Positions 7,236 to 18,543 of a DNA stretch of 32,000 nt are shown one piece after another; within the stretch, counting starts at the first letter, position 1, and the number at the start of each line of letters is the position of its first letter. The stretch spans positions 156,075 through 188,074 of the forward strand of contig NZ_JBNAJT010000001.1 of the NCBI RefSeq assembly GCF_052047655.1, written 5' to 3'. Below the pieces are notes generated by a model. It searched no databases. It was given only the letters and a program-made list of their open reading frames with translations, and had not been told where the DNA came from. The position numbers and the translations under genes are program-made. Source of the DNA: Candidatus Pelagibacter sp. HIMB1695. Its GTDB lineage: Bacteria; Pseudomonadota; Alphaproteobacteria; Pelagibacterales; Pelagibacteraceae.

Positions 7236-7311
7236 AGGAGTGTAGCTCAATTGGTAGAGCGCCGGTCTCCAAAACCGGAGGCTGAGGGTTCGAGTCCCTC
7301 CGCTCCTGCCA
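7236..7311 (+). tRNA. tRNA-Trp (anticodon CCA), CCA end encoded
   Basis: Sequence AGGAGTGTAGCTCAATTGGTAGAGCGCCGGTCTCCAAAACCGGAGGCTGAGGGTTCGAGTCCCTCCGCTCCTGCCA. Anticodon stem is CCGGT/ACCGG with loop CTCCAAA. Length is 76 nt. Confidence 0.95.
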
Positions 7312-7328
7312 ATTTGAGCTTAAGAATT

Positions 7329-7520
7329 ATGAAGAACCCGATTAAATTTATACAAGAAGTAAAACAAGAGGCTTTTAAAGTTACTTGGCCTACTTGGAAA
7401 GAAACATTGCAAGGTGCTTTAATGGTATTCGTTATGGCGGTTGTAATGTCTTTATTTTTTCTTTTATTAGATCAGGTTTTAAAATTTTTCCTAGAATTAT
7501 TACTTAAGGTAAGTATTTAA
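7329..7520 (+). CDS. secE: preprotein translocase subunit SecE (63 aa)
   Basis: The track ORF 7251..7520 begins inside tRNA-Trp. The in-frame ATG at 7329 gives MKNPIKFIQEVKQEAFKVTWPTWKET followed by one hydrophobic helix, which is the typical single-TM SecE layout. Confidence 0.85.
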   Translation: MKNPIKFIQEVKQEAFKVTWPTWKETLQGALMVFVMAVVMSLFFLLLDQVLKFFLELLLKVSI

Positions 7521-8050
7521 TGAAAAATTGGTACATTGTTCAATCACACTCCAGTTTTGAGAATAAAGTTGCTTCACTAATAAAAGAAGAGGCGGATAAG
7601 GCTAAAATAAGTGAAAAATTTGAGGAAATAATTGTACCCACTCATGATGTTACTGAGGTTAAAAGAGGTAAAAGAATTCAAAGAAAAAAAAAGTACTTCC
7701 CTGGATATGTTTTAATTAAAAGTGAAATGGATAACAATATTTACCATATGATTAAAAATATAAAGAGAGTTAGTGGATTTTTAGGAAGCAAAGGTATTCC
7801 TGTGCCAGTATCTGACAAGGAAGTAGAGAAAATTTTAGGTCAAATTAAAGACGGTGTTGCTCAGCCAAAATCTGGTATTGAGTATAGTGTTGGAGAAAAA
7901 ATTCAGGTTGTTGATGGTCCATTTGCTTCATTTACAGGTATGATTGAGGAAATTGATGAAGAAAAAGCTAGACTTAAGGTGTCAGTTTCTATATTTGGTC
8001 GTCCAACACCTGTAGATTTAGAATATAATCAAGTTGAAAAGGTAAGTTAA
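7520..8050 (+). CDS. nusG: transcription termination/antitermination factor NusG
   Basis: 176 aa. [17 protein letters not shown] gives the NGN domain start. The C-terminal KOW region is [22 protein letters not shown]. It sits in the conserved position after secE. Confidence 0.95.
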   Translation: MKNWYIVQSHSSFENKVASLIKEEADKAKISEKFEEIIVPTHDVTEVKRGKRIQRKKKYFPGYVLIKSEMDNNIYHMIKNIKRVSGFLGSKGIPVPVSDKEVEKILGQIKDGVAQPKSGIEYSVGEKIQVVDGPFASFTGMIEEIDEEKARLKVSVSIFGRPTPVDLEYNQVEKVS

Positions 8051-8475
8051 TGGCAAAAGAGATTAGTGGATTTATAAAATTACAAATTAAAGGTGGACAA
8101 GCAAACCCAGCTCCACCTGTTGGACCTGCATTAGGTCAACGTGGTGTAAACATCATGGAATTCTGTAAAGCCTTTAATGATAAAACGAAATCAATGGCGG
8201 GCAAACCTGTACCTGTTGAGATAACGGTTTATAAAGATAAAAAATTTGATTTTAAAATTAAATCTCCCCCAGCGTCTTTCTATATTAAAGAAGCAGTTAA
8301 ACTAAAAGGTGGTTCAAAAGAGCCAGGTAGAAATATAGTTGCATCAATTTCAAAACAACAATTAGCAAATATTGCAAAAGAAAAAATGAACGATTTAAAT
8401 GCACATGACATTGAAGAGGCAATTAAAATTATAGCAGGATCTGCAAGATCAATGGGAATTGAGGTAAAAGAATAA
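8050..8475 (+). CDS. rplK: 50S ribosomal protein L11
   Basis: Contains [35 protein letters not shown], the canonical L11 N-terminal domain. Confidence 0.98.
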   Translation: MAKEISGFIKLQIKGGQANPAPPVGPALGQRGVNIMEFCKAFNDKTKSMAGKPVPVEITVYKDKKFDFKIKSPPASFYIKEAVKLKGGSKEPGRNIVASISKQQLANIAKEKMNDLNAHDIEEAIKIIAGSARSMGIEVKE

Positions 8476-9164
8476 TGGCATCAAAAAGATATAAAAAATT
8501 ACCTGAAAATACTAAAGACTTAAACTCAGATACTATTGAGAATTTGTTATCTGAGTTAAAAAAAAATTGTACTACTAAGTTTGATGAGTCTTTAGACTTG
8601 AGTTTCCAAATAAATAACAAACAAAAAAAGAGTGAAGTAAATATTAGAACAGTAGTTAATTTACCAGGAGGAACAGGTAAAACAGTTAAGGTTGCAGTAG
8701 TTTGTGAAGATAATAAAGCACAAGAGGCCAAAGATGCTGGAGCAGATATTGTTGGTGGAGATGAATTTGTGGATAAAATTAAAGCTGGTGAATTAGACTT
8801 TGAAAAATTGATTTGTACACCAGGAATGATGATTAAACTTTCTAAATTAGGAAAAGTTTTAGGACCTAAAGGTTTAATGCCAAATCCTAAACTAGGTTCT
8901 GTATCAGAAAATATTAAAGAAGCAGTAACTAATGCTAAATCAGGTCAAGTTGAAATAAGAAATGATAAAGATGGAAATATTGGTGTAAGCATTGGAAAAA
9001 AATCTTTTTCTGATGATCAATTAATAAAAAACTATAATGCAATTATAGATGCGCTTGAAAAAGAAAAAACAAACAACACTTTAAAGGGTGATTTAATAAG
9101 AGGTGTATTTGCAACATCTACAATGGGTGTGTCTTATAAAGTTAAATTAGGGAAATCGATATAG
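8475..9164 (+). CDS. rplA: 50S ribosomal protein L1
   Basis: 229 aa, with VVNLPGGTGKTVKVAV and LGPKGLMPNPKLGSV blocks. Operon position is after rplK. Confidence 0.97.
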   Translation: MASKRYKKLPENTKDLNSDTIENLLSELKKNCTTKFDESLDLSFQINNKQKKSEVNIRTVVNLPGGTGKTVKVAVVCEDNKAQEAKDAGADIVGGDEFVDKIKAGELDFEKLICTPGMMIKLSKLGKVLGPKGLMPNPKLGSVSENIKEAVTNAKSGQVEIRNDKDGNIGVSIGKKSFSDDQLIKNYNAIIDALEKEKTNNTLKGDLIRGVFATSTMGVSYKVKLGKSI

Positions 9165-9166
9165 TT

Positions 9167-9688
9167 ATGATGAATAAAGAACAAAAGAAAAATTATATTG
9201 AAGAAATGACTTCTAAATTTGAGAGTAGTAAAGCTGTGATGGTTACACACTATCAAGGCTTAACAATGACTCAATTAGATGATTTAAGAGCAAAAATGAG
9301 AGAGCATGGTATCGTCTTTAAGATCACTAAAAACAGAATCACAAAATTAGCATTAGAAAAAACTAAGTGTAAAGATTTATCCAATCTTTTCACAGGTCCA
9401 ACAGCGGTTGCATTTGGTGAAGATGCTATAATGTCTGCAAGGATCTTATCCAAATTTGCTAAAGATAATGAAAATCTCAAATTAATTGGCGGAATAATGG
9501 ATGATGAGGTCCTGGATCAGGCCGGTGTCCAAAATGTTGCTAGTTTACCTACACTTGATGAAGCAAGAGCTAATATTGTAGGAATTTTAAACGCTCCAGC
9601 CTCAAAATTAATTAGTATTTTGCTTGCACATTCGGAAAAAATGAGTAGTTTGTCCGCAGAAAATTCTGAAACACAACCCAAAGAGTAG
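9167..9688 (+). CDS. rplJ: 50S ribosomal protein L10
   Basis: 173 aa, positioned between rplA and rplL. L10-like blocks are AVMVTHYQGLTMTQLDDLR and GPTAVAF. The start could be either of the tandem ATGs at 9167 or 9170. Confidence 0.93.
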   Translation: MMNKEQKKNYIEEMTSKFESSKAVMVTHYQGLTMTQLDDLRAKMREHGIVFKITKNRITKLALEKTKCKDLSNLFTGPTAVAFGEDAIMSARILSKFAKDNENLKLIGGIMDDEVLDQAGVQNVASLPTLDEARANIVGILNAPASKLISILLAHSEKMSSLSAENSETQPKE

Positions 9689-9694
9689 AAAAAT

Positions 9695-10060
9695 ATGCCT
9701 GACCTAAATAAAATTATTGAAGACTTATCAAGTTTGACTGTCGCTGAAGCAGCCGAACTTTCAAAACAGTTAGAAGAAAAATGGGGTGTAACTCCAATGG
9801 CAGCAGCAGCTCCAGCAGCAGCAGGTGGTGCAGCTCCAGCAGAAGAAAAAGATGATTTCACTATCATGTTAGTTTCTGCAGGTGATAAAAAAATTAATGT
9901 TATCAAAGAAGTAAGAGCAGCTACTTCATTAGGTTTAAAAGAAGCAAAAGATCTTGTAGAGGGAGCACCAAAAGAAGTTAAATCTGGTGTTAACAAAAAA
10001 GATGCCGAAGAGATCAAAGCTAAGTTAGAAGCTGCTGGCGCAAAAGTAGAACTTAAATAA
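9695..10060 (+). CDS. rplL: 50S ribosomal protein L7/L12
   Basis: It has an Ala/Pro-rich hinge [14 protein letters not shown]. The canonical C-terminal domain is [31 protein letters not shown]...AGAKVELK. Confidence 0.98.
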   Translation: MPDLNKIIEDLSSLTVAEAAELSKQLEEKWGVTPMAAAAPAAAGGAAPAEEKDDFTIMLVSAGDKKINVIKEVRAATSLGLKEAKDLVEGAPKEVKSGVNKKDAEEIKAKLEAAGAKVELK

Positions 10061-10079
10061 ATTAATTAGAAAGAATTCA

Positions 10080-10105
10080 AATACTGATTATTTTTAATCA
10101 GTATT
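10080..10105 (+). promoter_or_regulatory. perfect 11-bp hairpin in the rplL-rpoB spacer (attenuator or processing-site candidate)
   Basis: AATACTGATTA (10080..10090) pairs perfectly with TAATCAGTATT (10095..10105), leaving a 4-nt T loop. No U-tract follows, since the downstream sequence is AATAAATATAG, so it is not a canonical intrinsic terminator. Confidence 0.35.
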
Positions 10106-10116
10106 AATAAATATAG

Positions 10117-13100
10117 ATGCAATTATCTTTTACTGAAAAGAAAAACATTAGAAAAAGTTTTGGTAAACTAAAAGAAAGCTTATCAATTCCAAATCTTATT
10201 GAAGTTCAAAAAAATTCTTACAAAGAATTAACCGAATTCTATGCTGAAACCGAATTAACAAAAGGTTTTGATAGAGTTTTTAAAAGTATTTTTCCAATTG
10301 AAGATTTAAATGACAAAGCAACTCTTGAATATGTTTCATACAGGTTAGAAAAACCTAAATTTGATGTTGAAGAATGTATAACAAGAGGTCTAACTTATTC
10401 TTCAGCTCTTAAATGTACTTTAAGATTAGTTGTTTACGAAATAGATCAAGAAAACAATACTAAAGATATTTTATCAGCAAAAGAACAAGAAGTTTACATG
10501 GGTGAAGTACCTATGATGACTAATAGTGGAACGTTTATTACCAATGGTGTTCAACGTGTTGTTGTAAACCAAATGCATAGAAGTCCAGGAGTTTTCTTTG
10601 ACCATGATAAAGGAAAAACTCATGCAAGTGGAAAATTATTATTTAATTGTAGAGTAATACCTAACAGGGGATCATGGTTAGATTTTGAATATGATGTTAA
10701 AGATTTTTTATATTTTAAAATTGATAGAAAGAAAAAAATATTTGCTTCAACGTTACTTTTAGCTTTAGGTTTTTCTAAATCAGAAATTGTTGATGAGTTT
10801 TATGATAGTGAGCAATATACTTTTGATCCTAAGACAGAAAAATGGAAAACTAAATTTAACCCTGAGAATTACAAGGCTAAAAATTTTTCTGAAGAAGTAA
10901 TTGATGCAAAAACTGGTGAAGTAGTAATCAAATTAGGTGATAAAATTAATTTTTTAAATGCTAAAAAATTAGCTAATGACGGACTTAAAGACATTTTAGT
11001 TTCAAGAGAATCTCTTTTTGGAAAATTCTTACATAGAGATATTAAATTAAGTGATGAAGAAGAAGGTACTTTTAAAATTGGTACCGAACTTAATGATACA
11101 ATTATTCAACAAATACTGGATGCAAATGTTCACTCTTTACAAATATCCGTAACAAATTCCATAAATAAAGGACCATATTTATTAACAACAGTTTTAGCTG
11201 ACAAAAATAACTCTAAAGATGAAGCTATAACTGAAATATATAAAATGCTAAGACCCGGAGAGCCACCTACAATAGAGATAGCCAATCAAATATTTAACAA
11301 TCTTTTCTTTAGCTCAGACAGATACGATCTATCTGATGTTGGTAGAGTGAAAATGAATTCAAGACTAAACCAAGAGTGTTCTGATAAAATTACGATCTTA
11401 AGAAATGATGACATCATTGCAATTATTCACAAAATGTTAGATTTGCGTGATGGTAAGGATGATGTTGATGACATTGATCATTTAGGAAATAGAAGAGTAC
11501 GTTCTGTAGGTGAGTTAGTTGAAAACCAAGCGAGAATTGGTGTTTACAGAATGGAAAGGGCTATTAAAGAAAAAATGACTACTCTAGATGTTGAGTCTGC
11601 GATGCCACAAGATTTAATTAACGCAAAACCACTAACTGTTTCATTGAAAGATTTTTTTGCTAGCTCTCAACTTTCACAGTTTATGGATCAAACGAACCCA
11701 TTATCTGAAATTACACATAAAAGAAGAGTTTCTGCTCTTGGACCAGGTGGACTAACTAGAGAAAGAGCAGGATTTGAAGTTCGAGACGTTCACCCAACCC
11801 ATTATGGAAGAATTTGTCCAATTGAGACTCCAGAGGGACCAAACATCGGTTTGATAAATAGTTTATCAACTTATGCAAAAATAAATAAATATGGCTTTAT
11901 TGAAAGCCCATATAAAAAAGTAAAAGATGGGGTTGTGCAAGATAAAGTTGAGTATTTATCTGCAATGGAAGAAACCAAATTTACAATTGCTCAAGCAAAT
12001 ACAAAGTTAGATAAAAATGGAAAGATAGTTGAGGAACTTGTTTCTTGCAGACAAAATTTAAACTTCCTCTTATCAAAACCAGATGCAATTGATTATATCG
12101 ACGTTTCACCAAAACAACTTGTTTCTGTTGCAGCATCTTTAATACCTTTCTTGGAAAATGATGATGCTAACAGAGCTCTAATGGGTTCAAACATGATGAG
12201 ACAAGCAGTTCCTCTTTTAAAACCAGAATCTCCATTGGTTGGTACTGGAATTGAAAGTGATGTGGCTTTAGACTCTGGTGTAACTATTGTTGCTAAGAGA
12301 GATGGAGTTGTTGATAAAATTGACGGTAAGAGAATTGTTATTAAAGTAACAGAAGAAACTGATTTTAGTGAATCAGGTGTAGATATTTATAATTTACAAA
12401 AATTTAAAAGATCAAACCAAAATACGTGTATTAACCAAAGACCACTAGTTAGAGTTGGTGATAAAGTTAAATCTGGTGATATTATTGCAGATGGTCCTTC
12501 AACAAAATTAGGTGAATTAGCACTTGGAAAAAATGTAACAGTAGCATTTATGCCATGGCAAGGTTACAACTTTGAAGACTCAATTTTGATTTCAGAAAGA
12601 TGTGTAACTGACGATGTATTTACTTCAGTACATATTGAAGAATATGAAATAATGGCAAGAGACACAAAACTTGGAGAAGAAGAAATTACCAGAGATATTC
12701 CTAATGTTAACGAAGAAGCTTTAAAAAATCTTGATGAATCAGGAATAGTTTACATTGGAGCTGAAGTAAACGCTGGCGATATTTTAGTTGGAAAAGTTAC
12801 ACCAAAAGGTGATTCAGCATCAGGACCAGAAGAAAAACTATTAAGATCAATTTTTGGAGAAAAAGCTATTGATGTTACTGATACATCTTTGAGAATGTCA
12901 CGAGGTGCTAGTGGTACAGTTGTCGATGTAAGAGTATTTAACAGACATGGTATTGAAAAAGACGAAAGATCAATAACTATTGAAAGAGCTGAAATTGAAC
13001 AAGTTCAGCAAGATAAATTAGTAGAGGAAGAAATTTTAGAGAGAAGCATTAAACAAAGAGCTTCACAAATCTTATCAGGATCATCATTAACTAAAAAAGT

Positions 13101-14202
13101 AAAAGATTTATCTGAAGGAACAAAACTTGATTTTGATGCAATTAATAATCTATCTATAAATGATGTATTTAAAATAACAGTTGGAAATGTAAATGATGAA
13201 GCGACTTTGGCACAACTTAAAGATCAATACAACAAAGCAAAACAAGACATTACAGAAAGATTTGAAGATAAAGTTTTAAAAATTAGAAGTGGTGATGATT
13301 TATTACCAAGTGTTATGAAAATGGTAAAAGTTTTTGTAGCCATTAAGAGAAGATTAAGACCAGGTGATAAAATGTCAGGACGACATGGTAATAAGGGCGT
13401 CGTTAGTAAAATAGTACCAGTTGAAGATATGCCATACAGAGAAGATGGTAGACCAGTTGATATTGTTTTAAACCCTCTAGGTGTTCCAAGTAGGATGAAT
13501 GTAGGTCAAATTTTAGAAACTCACCTTGGTTGGGCTTGTAAAGAATTTGGTGAACAGATTAAAAATTTAGTTAACGAAAATAATAAAAAGATTGAAAGAA
13601 CTGAAAAAATAGAAAAATTTTTAAAATCTGTTTATGGAGAAGATACTTTCAATGAAAAAGTAGACAAATTAAGTAAGAACGAATTTAAAGACCTGTGTGA
13701 AAATTTACAAAATGGGATTGCAATATCCACTCCTGTTTTTGATGGCGCTAAAGAGAAAAATGTAACTGACATGTTAGAGTTAGCGAACTTACCAGGATCT
13801 GGACAAACTTATTTATGGGATGGAAGAACTGGAGAAAAATTTGACAGACCAGTTACAGTTGGAATAATTTATATGCTGAAACTTCATCATTTAGTTGAAG
13901 ATAAAATTCATGCAAGATCTACAGGTCCTTACAGTTTGGTTACACAACAACCTCTTGGTGGTAAAGCACAATTAGGTGGTCAAAGATTTGGAGAAATGGA
14001 AGTATGGGCTCTTGAAGCTTACGGAGCTTCTTATACTTTGCAAGAAATTTTGACTGTAAAATCTGATGATGTTGCAGGAAGAGTTAAAGTTTACGAAACT
14101 ATAGTTAAAGGTGAAGAGAATTTCGAGTCTGGTATTCCAGAGTCATTTAACGTCTTAGTTAAAGAAATTAAATCATTAGCATTAAATGTGGAGCTTAATT
14201 AA
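10117..14202 (+). CDS. rpoB: DNA-directed RNA polymerase subunit beta
   Basis: 1361 aa. Includes the N-terminus [14 protein letters not shown], the rifampicin-region block [30 protein letters not shown], and [17 protein letters not shown]. Confidence 0.99.
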   Translation: MQLSFTEKKNIRKSFGKLKESLSIPNLIEVQKNSYKELTEFYAETELTKGFDRVFKSIFPIEDLNDKATLEYVSYRLEKPKFDVEECITRGLTYSSALKCTLRLVVYEIDQENNTKDILSAKEQEVYMGEVPMMTNSGTFITNGVQRVVVNQMHRSPGVFFDHDKGKTHASGKLLFNCRVIPNRGSWLDFEYDVKDFLYFKIDRKKKIFASTLLLALGFSKSEIVDEFYDSEQYTFDPKTEKWKTKFNPENYKAKNFSEEVIDAKTGEVVIKLGDKINFLNAKKLANDGLKDILVSRESLFGKFLHRDIKLSDEEEGTFKIGTELNDTIIQQILDANVHSLQISVTNSINKGPYLLTTVLADKNNSKDEAITEIYKMLRPGEPPTIEIANQIFNNLFFSSDRYDLSDVGRVKMNSRLNQECSDKITILRNDDIIAIIHKMLDLRDGKDDVDDIDHLGNRRVRSVGELVENQARIGVYRMERAIKEKMTTLDVESAMPQDLINAKPLTVSLKDFFASSQLSQFMDQTNPLSEITHKRRVSALGPGGLTRERAGFEVRDVHPTHYGRICPIETPEGPNIGLINSLSTYAKINKYGFIESPYKKVKDGVVQDKVEYLSAMEETKFTIAQANTKLDKNGKIVEELVSCRQNLNFLLSKPDAIDYIDVSPKQLVSVAASLIPFLENDDANRALMGSNMMRQAVPLLKPESPLVGTGIESDVALDSGVTIVAKRDGVVDKIDGKRIVIKVTEETDFSESGVDIYNLQKFKRSNQNTCINQRPLVRVGDKVKSGDIIADGPSTKLGELALGKNVTVAFMPWQGYNFEDSILISERCVTDDVFTSVHIEEYEIMARDTKLGEEEITRDIPNVNEEALKNLDESGIVYIGAEVNAGDILVGKVTPKGDSASGPEEKLLRSIFGEKAIDVTDTSLRMSRGASGTVVDVRVFNRHGIEKDERSITIERAEIEQVQQDKLVEEEILERSIKQRASQILSGSSLTKKVKDLSEGTKLDFDAINNLSINDVFKITVGNVNDEATLAQLKDQYNKAKQDITERFEDKVLKIRSGDDLLPSVMKMVKVFVAIKRRLRPGDKMSGRHGNKGVVSKIVPVEDMPYREDGRPVDIVLNPLGVPSRMNVGQILETHLGWACKEFGEQIKNLVNENNKKIERTEKIEKFLKSVYGEDTFNEKVDKLSKNEFKDLCENLQNGIAISTPVFDGAKEKNVTDMLELANLPGSGQTYLWDGRTGEKFDRPVTVGIIYMLKLHHLVEDKIHARSTGPYSLVTQQPLGGKAQLGGQRFGEMEVWALEAYGASYTLQEILTVKSDDVAGRVKVYETIVKGEENFESGIPESFNVLVKEIKSLALNVELN

Positions 14203-17200
14203 TGAAAAAAGAATTAACTGATTTATTTAAAGGAAGCGAAATTTCAGAAGCGCAAAATTTCAATAGTATTAAAATTTCTTTAGCTAGTCCTGAGAAAATT
14301 AAATCTTGGACATTTGGTGAAATTAAAAAACCAGAAACTATAAATTATAGAACATTTAGACCAGAGAAAGATGGTCTATTCTGCGCAAGAATTTTTGGAC
14401 CAATCAAAGATTATGAATGTTTGTGCGGAAAGTATAAACGAATGAAATTTAGAGGTATTATTTGTGAAAAATGTGGCGTTGAGGTAACAAAATCTAATGT
14501 AAGAAGAGAGAGAATGGGCCACATTAATCTCGCAACTCCTGTGGCACATATTTGGTTTTTGAAATCATTACCAAGTAGAATTGCACTTGCAGTAGATATG
14601 AAGTTGAAAGAAATCGAGAGAGTTCTTTATTTTGAAAACTTTATAGTAATCGAACCGGGATTAACTGGTTTGCAAAAAAACCAACTTTTAAATGAAGAAG
14701 AATTAGCAAAATATCAAGATGAATTTGGAGAAGAAAGTTTTACTGCAGGTATTGGAGCAGAAGCTGTTCTTGAGATGTTAAAAAATCTTGACTTAGAATT
14801 AGAGAGAAAAAATCTTGTTAGCTTTATTAAAGAGACTAAATCTAAAGTTAATGAAGAAAGAGCAATTAAGAGATTAAAATTAATAGAGTCATTTATCGAA
14901 ACTGGTCAAAAACCAGAATGGATGATTATGACTGTGGTTCCTGTTATTCCACCAGAATTAAGACCATTGGTTCCGCTAGATGGTGGTAGATTTGCTACTT
15001 CAGATCTTAACGATTTATATAGAAGAGTTATTAACAGAAATAATAGATTAAAAAGACTAATGGATCTTAAAGCTCCAGACATCATTGTTAGAAATGAAAA
15101 AAGAATGCTTCAAGAATCTGTTGATGCTCTTTTCGATAATGGAAGAAGAGGTCGTGTTATTACTGGAACAGGTAAAAGACCACTTAAATCTCTTGCAGAA
15201 ATGCTTAAAGGTAAGCAGGGTAGATTTAGACAAAACTTATTAGGGAAAAGGGTAGATTACTCAGGAAGATCAGTAATTGTTGTCGGTCCAGATTTAAAAT
15301 TACATGAGTGTGGATTACCAAAAAAAATGGCTTTGGAGTTATTTAAACCATTTTTATACGCAAGATTAAACAAATTAGGTTTAGCATCTACAATTAAACA
15401 AGCTAAAAAATTAGTAGAGAAAGAAACTAATGCTGTATGGGATGCACTAGAGTTAATCGTAAGAGAGCACCCTGTTTTATTAAATAGAGCACCAACACTT
15501 CATAGACTTGGTGTTCAAGCTTTTGAACCAAAATTAATTGAAGGTGATGCAATTGAGCTACACCCTTTGACTTGTGCAGCTTTTAATGCTGATTTTGATG
15601 GTGACCAAATGGCTGTTCATGTACCTTTAAGTTTGGAAGCTCAGTTGGAAGCAAGAATATTAATGCTATCAACAAACAACATTTTATCTCCTTCAAATGG
15701 TAAACCAATAATCGTTCCAAGTCAGGATATGATTTTAGGAATATATTATCTTTCTCAGGAACCAGTATCGGATAAACCATCTGGATACTTTACTAATTCT
15801 GATCAAATAGAGTTTGCATTATCTTCAGGTGAAATTAACGTTCATAGCACTATTATTTCAAGATATGAAACTGTTGATGAACAAGGAAATAAGAAGATTG
15901 AAAAATACACATCAACTGCAGGAAGATTTTTATTAGCCAACCTATTACCAAAAAATAGCAATATTAAATTTTCATTAGTTGATAGATTGCTACCAAAAAA
16001 AGTTGTTTCCGAAATAATTGATGTTGTTTTTAGATTCTGTGGTCAGAAAACTACAGTTATTTTCTGTGATAAACTTAAAGATTTAGGATTTAAACATGCA
16101 TTTAAAGCAGGAATTTCGTTTGGAAAAGATGATTTAATTATTCCTGAAAATAAAACTCAATTAATTGATGATACTAAAAAATTAATTGCAGATTATGAAA
16201 CTCAATATGCCGAAGGTTTGATTACAAGAGGCGAGAAGTACAACAAGGTTGTCGACGCATGGTCCAAATGTACTGATAAAGTTGCGGGTGAAATGATGAA
16301 AAGAATTTCTGCAACTGAAAAAACTGAAGAGGGTTTAAAAATAAATTCAGTATTTATGATGGCTGATAGCGGTGCTAGAGGTTCAGCAGCGCAAATGAAA
16401 CAATTAGCTGGTATGAGAGGATTAATTGCAAAGCCTTCAGGTGAAATTATTGAAAGTCCAATTATCTCTAACTTTAAAGAAGGTTTAACAGCTTTAGAGT
16501 ATTTTAATTCTACACACGGAGCAAGAAAAGGATTAGCAGATACCGCGCTTAAAACAGCAAGCTCTGGTTATTTAACAAGAAGATTGTGTGATGTTGCTCA
16601 AGATTTAACAGTAACAAAAATTAAATGTGAAGAACCAGGTTTTATTGAACTATCAGAGATCTTAGAGGGTGGTAATGTAGTTGTTAGTTTGGCTGAAAGA
16701 GCACTAGGTAGAGTTACAGCTGCTGAAGTGAAAAATCCTCTAAGTGGTGAGGTAATAATCAAAAAGTCTGAAATGATTGACGAGGCAGGCTGTGATAAAA
16801 TTGATGCAGCAGGTGTTAAATCTATAAAAGTTTATTCAGTAATGACTTGTAGTTCTAAAGAGGGTGTTTGTGCTACTTGTTACGGAAGAGATTTATCTAG
16901 AGGTAAAATGGTGCATGTGGGTGAAGCAATTGGTATGATTTCAGCTCAATCAATTGGAGAACCAGGTACGCAGTTAACGATGAGAACATTCCACGTTGGG
17001 GGAACAGCTTCTGTTAAACAAGATAACCAAATTATCAGCAAAAGCGATGGAACATTAAAAATTATTAACTCAAATATTCTAGAAGATTCTAAAAAGAATT
17101 TAATTGTTATGGGAAGAAATACTCAACTTTCTATTGAGGATGATAAAGGAGTTCAAATAGCAGTATATAAAGTTGCTTATGGATCAAGATTATTTTTTAA

Positions 17201-18374
17201 TAATGGAGATAAAGTTAAAGCAAATACAAAAATTTGTGAGTGGGATCCATATACAACTCCAGTTATTGCTGAAAAGAGTGGTATTGCAAGTTATGTTGAT
17301 TTGATAGATGGTGTTTCAATTCAAGAAACTACTGATGATGCAACTGGTATTTCATCAAAATCTGTGATTGATTGGAGAGGTCAATCTAAGAGTACAGATT
17401 TAAAACCAAGGATTACTTTAAGAGATGAAAAAGGAAATGTAATTAAAAAAGCTGATGACAATGAAGCTAGATATTACTTAGTTCCAGATTCAATTTTATC
17501 AATTAAGGATGGTCAAAAAGTTTATGCTGGTGATGTTATTGCAAGATTGCCTAAAGAAACAACAAAAACTAAAGATATTACCGGAGGTCTTCCAAGAGTA
17601 GCTGAACTTTTCGAAGCTAGAAAAGCTAAGGACAGTGCTATTATTGCTGAAAATGATGGAAGCGTTGTTTTTGGAAAAGAAGTAAGAGGTAAGCAAAGAA
17701 TTTCGATCGTTCCTGAAGACGGATCAGAACCATCAAATTATTTAATTCCAAAAGGAAAACACATTAACTTTAATCCCGGTGAAAAAATTCAAAAAGGTGA
17801 ATATCTTTTAGATGGACAGCCATTACCGCATGATATTTTAAGAATTTTAGGCATTAAAGAATTAACAGAATATTTTGTTAATCAAGTTCAAGAAGTATAT
17901 CGATTACAAGGTGTAATTATTAACGATAAACATATTGAAACAATTTTAAGACAAATGCTTAAGAAAGTTGAAGTTAAGGTATCTGGAGATTCAAGTTATT
18001 TACCGGGTGAAGTGGTTGATAGAATCAAGTTTGATAATACTAATGAAAAATTAGTTGCTGAAGGTAAAACTCCTGCAGTTGGAGAAAGAGTTTTAATGGG
18101 TATTACTAAAGCTTCACTTCAAACAGAATCATTCATTTCTGCTGCATCATTCCAAGAGACAACAAGAGTATTAACAGATGCTGCAATTAAAGGGAAAGTT
18201 GATCCATTAAACGGTTTAAAAGAGAACGTAATAGTTGGAAGATTAGTTCCTGCTGGAACGGGCAATATCAAGAACAGATGGAACAACAAGGCCTTAGAAG
18301 ATGATAATAGCTTCTTAGCAGAACAAGATAAACTTGAAGCTTCTGAGCCTGAAGAAACACAAGTAAATCAATAA
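14202..18374 (+). CDS. rpoC: DNA-directed RNA polymerase subunit beta'
   Basis: 1390 aa. Includes the zinc-finger [23 protein letters not shown], the catalytic [12 protein letters not shown], and a trigger-loop region with a proteobacterial-type insertion. Confidence 0.99.
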   Translation: MKKELTDLFKGSEISEAQNFNSIKISLASPEKIKSWTFGEIKKPETINYRTFRPEKDGLFCARIFGPIKDYECLCGKYKRMKFRGIICEKCGVEVTKSNVRRERMGHINLATPVAHIWFLKSLPSRIALAVDMKLKEIERVLYFENFIVIEPGLTGLQKNQLLNEEELAKYQDEFGEESFTAGIGAEAVLEMLKNLDLELERKNLVSFIKETKSKVNEERAIKRLKLIESFIETGQKPEWMIMTVVPVIPPELRPLVPLDGGRFATSDLNDLYRRVINRNNRLKRLMDLKAPDIIVRNEKRMLQESVDALFDNGRRGRVITGTGKRPLKSLAEMLKGKQGRFRQNLLGKRVDYSGRSVIVVGPDLKLHECGLPKKMALELFKPFLYARLNKLGLASTIKQAKKLVEKETNAVWDALELIVREHPVLLNRAPTLHRLGVQAFEPKLIEGDAIELHPLTCAAFNADFDGDQMAVHVPLSLEAQLEARILMLSTNNILSPSNGKPIIVPSQDMILGIYYLSQEPVSDKPSGYFTNSDQIEFALSSGEINVHSTIISRYETVDEQGNKKIEKYTSTAGRFLLANLLPKNSNIKFSLVDRLLPKKVVSEIIDVVFRFCGQKTTVIFCDKLKDLGFKHAFKAGISFGKDDLIIPENKTQLIDDTKKLIADYETQYAEGLITRGEKYNKVVDAWSKCTDKVAGEMMKRISATEKTEEGLKINSVFMMADSGARGSAAQMKQLAGMRGLIAKPSGEIIESPIISNFKEGLTALEYFNSTHGARKGLADTALKTASSGYLTRRLCDVAQDLTVTKIKCEEPGFIELSEILEGGNVVVSLAERALGRVTAAEVKNPLSGEVIIKKSEMIDEAGCDKIDAAGVKSIKVYSVMTCSSKEGVCATCYGRDLSRGKMVHVGEAIGMISAQSIGEPGTQLTMRTFHVGGTASVKQDNQIISKSDGTLKIINSNILEDSKKNLIVMGRNTQLSIEDDKGVQIAVYKVAYGSRLFFNNGDKVKANTKICEWDPYTTPVIAEKSGIASYVDLIDGVSIQETTDDATGISSKSVIDWRGQSKSTDLKPRITLRDEKGNVIKKADDNEARYYLVPDSILSIKDGQKVYAGDVIARLPKETTKTKDITGGLPRVAELFEARKAKDSAIIAENDGSVVFGKEVRGKQRISIVPEDGSEPSNYLIPKGKHINFNPGEKIQKGEYLLDGQPLPHDILRILGIKELTEYFVNQVQEVYRLQGVIINDKHIETILRQMLKKVEVKVSGDSSYLPGEVVDRIKFDNTNEKLVAEGKTPAVGERVLMGITKASLQTESFISAASFQETTRVLTDAAIKGKVDPLNGLKENVIVGRLVPAGTGNIKNRWNNKALEDDNSFLAEQDKLEASEPEETQVNQ

Positions 18375-18403
18375 AAAAATCACCTAAAAATTGCAGTTTT
18401 AGT

Positions 18404-18431
18404 TTGACAATAGCTGATTAATAAGTATTTT
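18404..18431 (+). promoter_or_regulatory. candidate promoter for the rpsL-led ribosomal protein block
   Basis: A consensus TTGACA (18404..18409), a 16-nt spacer, then TATTTT (18426..18431), about 110 nt upstream of the rpsL ATG. It is the only consensus -35 hexamer I noticed in this spacer. Confidence 0.35.
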
Positions 18432-18454
18432 GGCGATGTTTTTGGTTGGAATGT

Positions 18455-18505
18455 AGTGCTCTTGAGGTACTAAACGCTGCCACAAAATAACCTGTCAGTT
18501 ATTTT
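18455..18505 (+). promoter_or_regulatory. two hairpins in the rpsL 5' leader (possible r-protein leader or attenuator)
   Basis: Hairpin 1 pairs AGTGCT (18455..18460) with GGTACT (18466..18471): 6 bp including 2 G-U pairs, loop CTTGA. Hairpin 2 pairs AAAATAAC (18484..18491) with GTTATTTT (18498..18505): 8 perfect bp, loop CTGTCA. A possible enclosing helix is TGGCGATGTTT (18431..18441) with AAACGCTGCCA (18472..18482), 10 of 11 positions pairing with 2 G-U. Confidence 0.3.
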
Positions 18506-18543
18506 CATCTCAAAAATAAATTAATTAATTTTAAAAAAAAATT

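Noticed and set aside
7251-7328. N-terminal 26 codons of the track ORF 7251..7520 (MVERRSPKPEAEGSSPSAP...)
   Set aside because: These codons are the translated body of tRNA-Trp (7236..7311). SecE begins at the in-frame ATG at 7329.
9517-10017. 166-aa minus-strand ORF opposite rplJ/rplL
   Set aside because: It lies antisense to two unmistakable ribosomal protein genes. Its length comes from the locally G+C-rich Ala/Pro hinge of L7/L12, which removes stop codons on the opposite strand. The translation is low-complexity Ala/Ser-rich with no recognisable motif.
11656-11745. Rifampicin-resistance determining region of rpoB
   Set aside because: The key residues equivalent to E. coli D516, H526 and S531 are wild-type (QFMDQ, THKRR, SALG). 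The only difference I see is N518T-like (MDQTNP), which I cannot interpret without lineage comparison. There is no basis to call resistance.
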